Below are positions 55,740-64,000 of a stretch of 64,000 bases of DNA, one piece after another. The stretch covers positions 53,036,565-53,100,564 of the forward strand of contig NC_068993.1 in assembly GCF_001194135.2 (NCBI RefSeq), written 5' to 3'. The notes below the pieces were generated by a model. It made no database searches. It was not told the origin of the DNA and saw only the letters and a list, made by a program, of their open reading frames with translations. The translations under genes were made by a program, and so were the position numbers. The stretch is from Octopus bimaculoides (lineage: Eukaryota). How positions within the stretch are numbered: the first letter of the stretch is position 1; each line of letters opens with the position of its first letter.

Positions 55740-56480
55740 GCAGGATGCCCCAAGACTGTTTCCACAAGTTTTCCCCATTCACCTCTATCTTCCATATTGA
55801 TCCTCAACTCCTGTACCCCTTCCATACCAGTATCCTCCAGCAAGTTGTCGATCTAGGTCATCTTCCTCTCCTGGTTCTTCCTTCCGTTGGTTGCCAGAGC
55901 ACTAGTTTGCTAGCAATATCATTGGTGTAGTCCCTGGAATAAGTCAGCATTTGTTGTATGACCCTTCCAGGAGACATTGAATGCCATTCTAAGCATCCTC
56001 ATATAACAACAGTCCAACTGCTTCTTCAATGCTTTAGTGAACGTCCATGTTTCACCCCCACTTTCCTTGCTAACTTTGAACTCCATACCTTTCTTAATTT
56101 ATGGCATGTACTCTAGGCCAGAGCTTTCCTTGCTACGATCTTTTTCGGTATCCACACATTTTCAACTACCTTGAGCAACATACCGTCTCTCACTGACACA
56201 GGCATTTCGTGGTTGAAACTTGCAGCTCTGTTTTCTTTGCATTACAGTCCAATCCTACCTTCTATTCCTGCTCTAATCTGCTCAGCACCTCCTGTGCTTG
56301 ATCTGTCCTCATTGTTAGTAATGCCAGGTCATCAGTATAGTCTAGGTCAGTTGTTATTACTGTTTGATGCCGTCTATGTTTCTTATGCAGTTTGAATCCC
56401 AGTTCTTCCTTGCCCTTATACATTCTCTCTCTGTCATTTTCTAGTTCTTTCCTTCAGAGTGGGAGGTATAGGTATGTGTT
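55740..56480 (-). mobile_element. RTE/RTE-X-clade LINE reverse transcriptase 3' fragment
   Basis: TDLDYTDDLALL (YADD-like), VGLDCNAKKTE, ETWTFTKALKKQLDCCYMRMLRMAFNVSWK and GRTRRGR; contains internal deletions and stops. Confidence 0.85.
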
Positions 56481-57605
56481 ACTTCTGTTTCATTACATCA
56501 CAGAGGCAATTGTTAGAGATAGTGAATGTGTGGTAAAGTTATTTAGGGAGAGTGTTACTTACATGGTGAGAGGAAAGGTTTTGCAGTGTTTTCTCTGAGC
56601 TATGTCTTAGGACCGCAATGCCTCATCTTTAACACACTCTCATATCTACTATCATTCTCAGCACACTCATATCTGCCATCAACAGCCTCCACCCTTACAT
56701 ATCTCTGACCTCCATCTCTGCCACTATATACATCTCTTTTTCCCCTGTTTTCCCACCTCACACATTTCCCTATTTTCTGCTCTATCAACTTGTTTATTAT
56801 ATTGCTATTCTCCACCCTCCCTGTACTGCAACTTATCTCCATAAGCCACTTGTATTTCTTTCGCCTTCCTCCCATACTGATATTTTCCATTGACTACACC
56901 CCATCCTTGTTCATTACTCCTATCCCTGTCTCTAACTCTGTCACTCTCCTCTCTCTAACTCTGTCACTCTCCTCTCTCTCTCTCTCTTATCGACTTATCC
57001 AAACACCTACTCTTCCCAATCCTTTGTCTATATTCTCTCTTATACTCATCTTTTTTAACAAGCTCATTGCCTAATTGTGACACTAGTGCCTGTTCTGATA
57101 CTGTTTTTCTATACATCGTTGACAGGGAGATGAGTCACTGCTATCTCTAGTGGTCGAATGTCCATCATTGACAAAACCAAGGAAGGTCAAAATCATGTGA
57201 TCTGGTGGTCCCGACACTAGGGATGACAGATTTATCTCCCTGCTGGCAATATAAACAATAGTGCTTTTTGCACCAAAAGCCAATATGTGAGTTTCTCTCA
57301 TGGTGTCTACCGCAGTATAGTTTGTTCTAACAGAACATTCATGTTCAAGTGGGGTGAAATATTACTCATCTTATACTTTGAGAGTATACTCTGACATACC
57401 CTCAAGGTATGAATTGTCTTCCATACAGCTACTCTCACCCATCCTTATATAATGTGGAGTAATCATGTATCTCTTACCTGTCCCTGTATTATAGTTTACA
57501 CCATCAACACTAGCATAAAGCCACCTCCAACCCATGTCAATGTGAAAGATGGCCATTAGGCCATTAAATGATGTTGATTATATTTATATATAAGACAGCA
57601 AGCTA

Positions 57606-58085
57606 GGGAGCGTTCGAGACGGCGAGTAAAACGATGAGGAGCAGTCAAGCAGGAAGTAAAAAAGCAGGGGAGCGTTCAAGACGGAGTAAAATTATGGGGG
57701 AGCATTCGAGACGGCAAGTAAAATGATGGGAAGCTTTCAAGACAGGAAGTAAAACAATGGGGAGCTTTTGAGACAGGGAGTAAAATGACAGGGAGCGTTC
57801 AAGCCAGGGAAAAAAGTGCGGGGGAGCATTCGAGACAGGGAGATAAACGACGCAGGAGCGTTCGAGACAGGGAGTAAAACGATGGAGGAGTAATCGAGAC
57901 GGTGAGTAAAACTATGGCGAGTGTTCATGACAGGGACAAAATCGCGGGGGAGCATTCGAGAGGGGGAGTAAAATGATGGAGTGCGTTCAAGACAGGATGT
58001 AGAAAAACGGGAGAGCATTCAAGAAAGGGAGTAAAACGACGGGGAAGCGTTTGAGACAGCTAATAAAACAACGGGGTGCACTCGA
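57606..58085. repeat. About 31-bp tandem array, ~15-16 copies (GGGAGCGTTCGAGACAGGGAGTAAAACGATG)
   Basis: Direct reading; GC- and CpG-rich against an AT-rich background. Confidence 0.92.
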
Positions 58086-58228
58086 GTATTTTAATACGTG
58101 TCATGAGAGGCAAGACAATTTTCTTCTTCTTCATTTTTTTATCTGGAACGCAAGATTCTTTATGTGAATTCATGTGTGGGAAAAAAATTTTTCTCATCTC
58201 AGGAGAGTTACCATGCCAATATAATTAA

Positions 58229-58403
58229 CACACACCGGTTCAATTCCACTCATTTATTAAATACCCAATTTTTTTGTGAAAGCTCTTTCATTGCTTTTTT
58301 GCAACTTTCTCAGTGAAGAAGGTTACAAAAATGCAACAAGAGAGATCTGACAAAAAATTGGATATTTGATAAATGAGTGGAATTGAACCAGTGTGTGTGT
58401 GTG
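58229..58403. mobile_element. TTAA-flanked fold-back MITE with about 50-bp TIRs
   Basis: TTAA|CACACACCGGTTCAATTCCACTCATTTAT...ATAAATGAGTGGAATTGAACCAGTGTGTG|TTAA. Confidence 0.85.
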
Positions 58404-58876
58404 TTAATTATATTGGCTTGATGACTCTGCCTAGGCACAACAATTTTTTTTTTTTTGTGTGTGTGTGTGTTATTGGTAAATAGTTTGGTTCTGCTGTGGT
58501 TAACCTGTTTGTACAGGTAGGTTTTAGTCTTTCAAAGTATAGTTGGATGTGGAGATGTGGAAAAAGAAGCATCCAGAATGCCTTGAGTATATGAGGCTAA
58601 GACAAAAGGGATACTTTGGAAAAGCAAATCAGTATAACTACATTTTAATTTTATTGATTTAGGGATGCAAGATTAATTTTGGAGTAGTCAGAAATCATGT
58701 TGGATTTTTTTTAAAAAACATGAAATTTCTGAATTATTAAAAGGTTCAGAATTAGTCTTTTGAATATTTGAGAGACTGTATGGAAAGAAAAGTTCAGTTT
58801 GTATGATGTTGGCCCAGTATCATTCAGCTTGGTGGTATTTTATCCAATTTCAAAAGTCTGGTGATTTGGCAGGATT

Positions 58877-59015
58877 GTCCCTAGAGATAGTTTCACAAGA
58901 ACGTATCGTCATCATCTTGTTGAGCTTGCTTGGACATTTTTAACCCACATATGCAGTCCTGCATTAGTTGAGGGAGGTCTTCACGGAGGCATCTGGTGAG
59001 TTGATCTACATATGT
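58877..59015 (-). mobile_element. RTE-clade LINE 3' terminus with (GAT)n tail
   Basis: TTYVDQLTR-CLREDLPQLMQD...VQASST followed by GATGATGACGAT. Confidence 0.65.
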
Positions 59016-60944
59016 TGTGTTCAACAAGAACATATAAATGATGGAAATAATAAATAAGACTTTGTTTGGAACACAGAAAAGTTTTTATTCTCTCAAAAAT
59101 ATCATTATAACTAAGTATTTAACTTTAGTTTTTGTTGTATGAAGGTATTCTTTTAATCTTTTGCTTGCCAGAAAGTTTTTATAGAAACAGATACAGCCTT
59201 TAGCAGGTTGATAAAGGCTATCTCTGTTATTAAAACCACCAATATCAATAATACAAACTCTTATCTCTTTCAAATCCAAAATTTTATTAAATATAAATAT
59301 GATCCACAACCTTATACTGAAATAAAAATCAATATTCCAAAATAGAAAAACAAAATGCCATACCTTTTCAGATTATCATTCCAAAATTAACATTCCTTCT
59401 TTTGGTTAATTACCTCTAAAAATCCCCCAAAAAAGAAACAATACAATTGTGTCCTTCACATTTACCTGTTTCAGTATTTTATCAATAAAAAACCATATAT
59501 TCTTTAAAAGCTTTGGTTCTAACGTTCAAAATACCAACATTTTGACTCTTTGTATGATTGATTCTTGACATTTCCCCAGAAACTGTTTTCATCTTGATCC
59601 AAATCCTATAAGCAATAGTTGTAACAAAAAAGTAAATCAATTATTGTATGGAGTGCATTGGCAATAAATACTGATTTCAAATTTTGGCACAAGGCCAGCA
59701 AAGGGATAAGTCAATTACATCAACCACAGTTCAAATGATACTTATTTTATTGATCCCAAAAGAGTGGAAAGTAAAGTTAACCTTAGCACATAAAATCAGG
59801 AAAAATGCCACTAAGCATTTTGTCTGGTATGCTAACAATTCTTTTCTACTCTAGGCACAAGGCCCGAAATTTTGGGGGAGGGGCCAGTCAATAAGATTGA
59901 CAACTGGTAATTAATTTATCAACTCCAAAAGGATGAAAGGCAAAGTCGATCTCAGCAGAATTTGAACTCAGAACGTAAAAGCAGGCGAAATACCATCATC
60001 ATCTTCATCAAAAAGTTTTCAGATATATTTTTTGGTTTATGGTACTCTTTATTTGTAAAATAAAAACATTGCACAAAATAATATTAGTGTCGTAAGACAA
60101 GCTACTAGTTACTGAATTATACACCGTGGTCATATATTTGAAATAGTTCGTGACATCAGTGAAAACCCAGTTACTAATTGCCTGTTTCTTCTCAATTTTC
60201 ATTGAATAAATATTCCTACAAAAGAAATGTAATAATTTTTTCAAATTATCAATATATTGTACGTATTTTTACACATTAAGGCACCATATTTATGTACAGA
60301 AAAGGTTAGTATCTCATTAGAAATAGTTTCTGAGTTAGCTGTTAGGCCAGCAATTTTGAGAAGAGATAGTTAATTGATACCATTGATTCCCAGCACTAGA
60401 TCAGTATTTTATCAACCCTGAAATGACAAAAAGTAAAGTTGACCTCAGCATGTAAAGAGCCAGTAGAAATATCATACAGCATTTTTTTTCTGACATAATG
60501 ATTCTGCCAGATCACCACCTGAAACAAGCTTTAAATATTCGTTTCAAATTTTAACACAAGACCTGCAGCTTTGGTGGAAGGAGTAAGTAGATTACATCAA
60601 TCCCAACAATCAATTAGTACTTATTTTATTGACTCCAAAAGGATGAAAGGCAAAGTTGTCCACAGCGGAATTTGATATTAGAACATAAATACAGACAATA
60701 TGCCGCTAAGCATTTTGCCCAGTATTATAACACTTCTGCTTGCTCACCACCTTAAACAAGCTTTAAATATTTCCAAACCTGGAATTATTGTGTTCTGTTT
60801 AAATGCCTAAAAGTTAATATGACAAATACCAAAGCATTATTTAATCATAATGAGCATGAAATGCAAGTATCGTAAAGGAAGTGTTCTAGCTTAATACGTG
60901 AGAACAGAATAAAATCTTAATATTGTGTGAGTAACCCTTTTGTT

Positions 60945-61345
60945 GACCTTTGGAAATGTGCTGTGCGTGAGAAGACCCGGCAAGCCAAGTAAGATCGTTG
61001 CCAGTGCCCCTGGACTGGTTCTTGTGCGGGTGGCACATGAGATGCACCATTTTGAGCGTGGCCATTGCCAGTACCGCCTGACTGGCTCCCGTAGGATTTT
61101 CGAGCGAGATCGTTGCCAGTGCCCCTGGACTGGCTTGTGCGGGTGGCACATAAAAGACACCATTTCGAGCGTGGCCGTTTTCGTGCGGGTGACACGTAAA
61201 AGCACCCACTACACTCTCTGAGTGGTTGGCGTTAGGAAGGGCATCCAGCTGTAGAAACTCTGCCAAATTAGATTGGAGCGGTGTAGCCATCTGGTTCACC
61301 AGTCCTCAGTCAAATCGTCCAACCCATGCTAGCATGGAAAGCGGA
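60945..61345 (+). mobile_element. Young SINE copy with 3 internal modules and (GAT)n tail
   Basis: CpGs are intact; the 3' ~70 bp are identical to the copy near 20594..20660. Confidence 0.88.
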
Positions 61346-61703
61346 CGTTAAACGATGATGATGATTTCTGTTGAAATATACTGCTTTTGTTTCAATTAAT
61401 TTTTTAAATAATTGAGAATTTAATCAAATAACTTTGTCGTTATTAAGCTGCTGTTTGTAAAATAAATTAACATGAAATTGTGGTGAAAGGTCCTAATTTA
61501 AATCTCTTTGAAAAAAAGAAGTTTATATCATAGAACCTGGAGTAATCTCAGATAGGCTGGTATTCGAAAGGGTTAATGTGAGAAATGTCACCACAAAAGG
61601 TGCTGGCAAATTATAACAAAAATCAAGATTTTAGGCATTTCAAAAACACAAAATTAATTACAAGAATGATCATTCTCTTGGCAAATAAGAGTTTCTTCTA
61701 TAA

Positions 61704-61919
61704 GGTGGTGAGCTGGCAGGAACGTTAGCATGCCAGACAAAATGCTTAGCGGTATTTCATCTGTCTTTACATTCTGAGTTCAAATTCCACCAAGGTCGAC
61801 TTTGCCTTTCATCCTTTGGGGTTGATAAATTAAGTACCAGTTGCCTACTGGGGTTGATCTAATCAACTGCCTCCCTCCCCAAAACTTTCAGGCCTTGTGC
61901 CTAGAGTAGGAAAAAAAAA
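61704..61919 (+). mobile_element. tRNA-derived SINE (second family)
   Basis: GGTGGTGAGCTGGCAGGAACGTTAGC...GAGTTCAAATTCC (B-box-like)...GTCGACTTTGCCTTTCATCC...CAGGCCTTGTGCCTAGAGTAG; decayed relatives at 13229, 18520, 45520, 59690 and 60350. Confidence 0.8.
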
Positions 61920-63059
61920 GGGTTTCTCTCATTATGTGAAATATAAACTGTGTGAAATATGCCCAAGCATGTTATTTCATGGTAGTAAAATTTGTCTTTA
62001 GCATGGAAGATTTGCAGAGAACAAGGTAACTAGAGAGTTTATGGGTAATAAAGGTATCAAATGATGGATACAATAGAGGCTACTGCCGGTAGTCATGAAA
62101 TTTCTGTTCATTTAATAAATGCTGAAAGACCATGTTAAACAAAGTTTGAGTAATAGGGACCAATGAACATATGCATAGAATAATAACTTTTTTTTTTTAT
62201 AGGGAGAGCTTATGGTTAATCAACTTAATCAAATCTTGTATATTACTAGTTATTATTATCATATTCCTCTCCACAAGAACAAAAGGCAATATAGTTTTGC
62301 CAGGATGAAACACAGAAATGGATATTATAACCTGCTTTTTATTGATTTGATATTCGAACTTGCAATGGAGAATAAGCAAAGCAATCAAATTGTGCAAGAA
62401 AAGTTCAACATTAGTCTTTGAATATTCAGAATTAATGTTATGTTGTTCAAATATTTACACTGGACATTTGGATATTTGATTAATAATGCATGTGACAAGA
62501 TAGGGTAATAGCCCTGGTAAACATCTCAAGTGGGTTTGGCAAGATAAAAATGTCATCAGTTCAAGTTATAAAATGGTTGGTGTAAAGAAGAGCATCATGG
62601 CATCATCAATAATATTAATACACCAATTTGTTTTTGTACATACCTGACGTGTGTGTCACACTTAAGAGAAAGAAATTTTGTTACTTGAATAAAAATTTTT
62701 AACTTGATCTCTTGTAATTTCTGGCAGAGATTTGAAACCACCACCTATATGTTGTATTACTACTTCTCAACACCCATGCCTACTGGTACACCAAAACAGC
62801 AACAATCTTAATGGGAAAATTAGGGTACTTAAATTTGATGCATCAGTTGAGCAAGGGAGAGAGGAAGTGAGAAAGAAAGGTTTCTCTCAGCTTCCGTCAA
62901 CCAAATCCACTCACAAGGCTTTGGTTGGTCTGAGACTATGGTAGAACACACTTGCCCAAGGTGTCACACAATGGGACAGAACCCAGAGCCATATGGCTAG
63001 GAGGCAAACTTCTTACCACACAGTCATACCTGCACTTAAAAATAGGCACACATATATTC

Positions 63060-63258
63060 TTTTATTCTGTTATTCCTTTACTTGTTTCAGTCATTTGATT
63101 GTGGCCATGCTGGAGCACTGCCTTTAGTTGATCAAATTGACCCCAGGACTTATTCTTTGTAAGTCTTGTACTTGTTCTATTGGTCTCTTTTGCCAAACTA
63201 CTAAGTTACGGGGACATAAACACACCAGTATCGGTTTTCAAGTGATGTTGGGGGGACA

Positions 63259-63294
<36 letters not shown>

Positions 63295-63480
63295 TATACA
63301 TATACATATATATATATATATATGCGACAGGCTTCTTTCAGTTTCCAACTACCAAATCCACTCACAAGGCTTTGGCTGGCCCAAAGCTATAGTAGAAGAC
63401 ACTTTCCCAATGTGCCATACAGTGGGACTGAACTCGGAACCATGTGGCTGGTAAGCAAGCTACTTACCACACAGGCACTC
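63060..63480 (-). mobile_element. OR-like SINE, reverse orientation
   Basis: Reverse complement of the 44661-type head and tail, with a central (CA)n/(TA)n tract. Confidence 0.8.
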
Positions 63481-64000
63481 CATATACATTTATATAATCA
63501 CTATCATTATCATTTAATGCTTGTCTTCCATGTTGGCATGAGCTGGACATTTCAACAAGATTTCTACAAGCCAGTTGACTGTGCTAAGTTCCAATATCTA
63601 CGGCTTGATGCCCTTCCTAATGCCAACCATTTAAACCCTTTTGATACAATCCTGGCTGAAACTGCCTCTGGCTCTGTAGTACAAATGTCTTGTTTTCAAA
63701 AGTTCTGAATTAAAATCTTCCACCAAACCTTAGTCACAATTTATGTTTTTAACACTAGCTTAATGATAACTAAGTTTTTTACTAAATTCTTTGTTATATT
63801 TAAAATTAATTGAAAGAAACACAGAGCATCTCAGCAAAAATATGGTAACAAAAAGGTTAAGAGTGTGCTGGGTGCTTTTTCATAGCACTGACACCAGTGA
63901 GGTCACAAGACATGACCCCCTCAACTGAGCATAGGCACAATATTGAGGGAGGTGAATTTGTGTCAGAGCTTGAGGGGTTAAAGTATGAAAGAGTAATCAG

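Noticed and set aside
56600-57070. Pyrimidine-rich segment possibly from a Penelope-like element; similar composition at 37800..38280
   Set aside because: Only faint motif resemblance (INSLHP, DYT); too decayed to call without a profile search.
57737-58018. 93-aa ORF, and the array as a CRISPR-like locus
   Set aside because: Head-to-tail minisatellite without unique spacers, in a eukaryotic context with no cas genes.
58870-59020. Apparent minus-strand terminal exon DQLTRCLREDLPQLMQDCICG...DDDDTFL*
   Set aside because: Better explained as the 3' end of an RTE-type LINE (TYVDQL..CL.EDLP.LMQD plus (GAT)n tail).
59085-59605. Minus-strand splice-like signals and ORF ...VCIIDIGGFNN...
   Set aside because: Candidate exons contain stops in all frames, implied introns are only about 50 nt, and no family is recognised.
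60886-61299. Several overlapping 90-137 aa ORFs
   Set aside because: They arise from a GC-rich SINE with internal tandem modules; similar ORFs occur in other copies.

Overview
AT-rich, microsatellite- and SINE-dense metazoan genomic DNA; the repeat families look like those of an octopod cephalopod (inference). There are three N gaps. Four protein-coding genes were reconstructed by hand from splice signals and remembered homologue sequences. (1) MED7, minus strand, 2 coding exons. (2) BBS7, plus strand, 19 coding exons, 714 aa, head-to-head with MED7; its last intron is a minor-spliceosome (U12) AT-AC intron. (3) IGHMBP2/SMUBP-2 helicase, minus strand, 16 exons including a candidate 40-nt micro-exon, about 987 aa, tail-to-tail with BBS7. 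(4) DRAP1/NC2-alpha, plus strand, with an intronless CDS. The rest is transposon-derived: tRNA-derived SINEs, hAT, piggyBac-like, Tigger-like and Merlin-like MITEs, Tc1/mariner relics, an internally deleted Helitron, CR1-like and RTE-like LINE fragments, and several minisatellites. I see no clear evidence of a wholly new system. The most notable items are the U12 intron and its read-through C-terminus, the intronless DRAP1, an extra C2HC finger in IGHMBP2, the Helitron next to a splice donor, and a 31-bp tandem array of B-box-like motifs.
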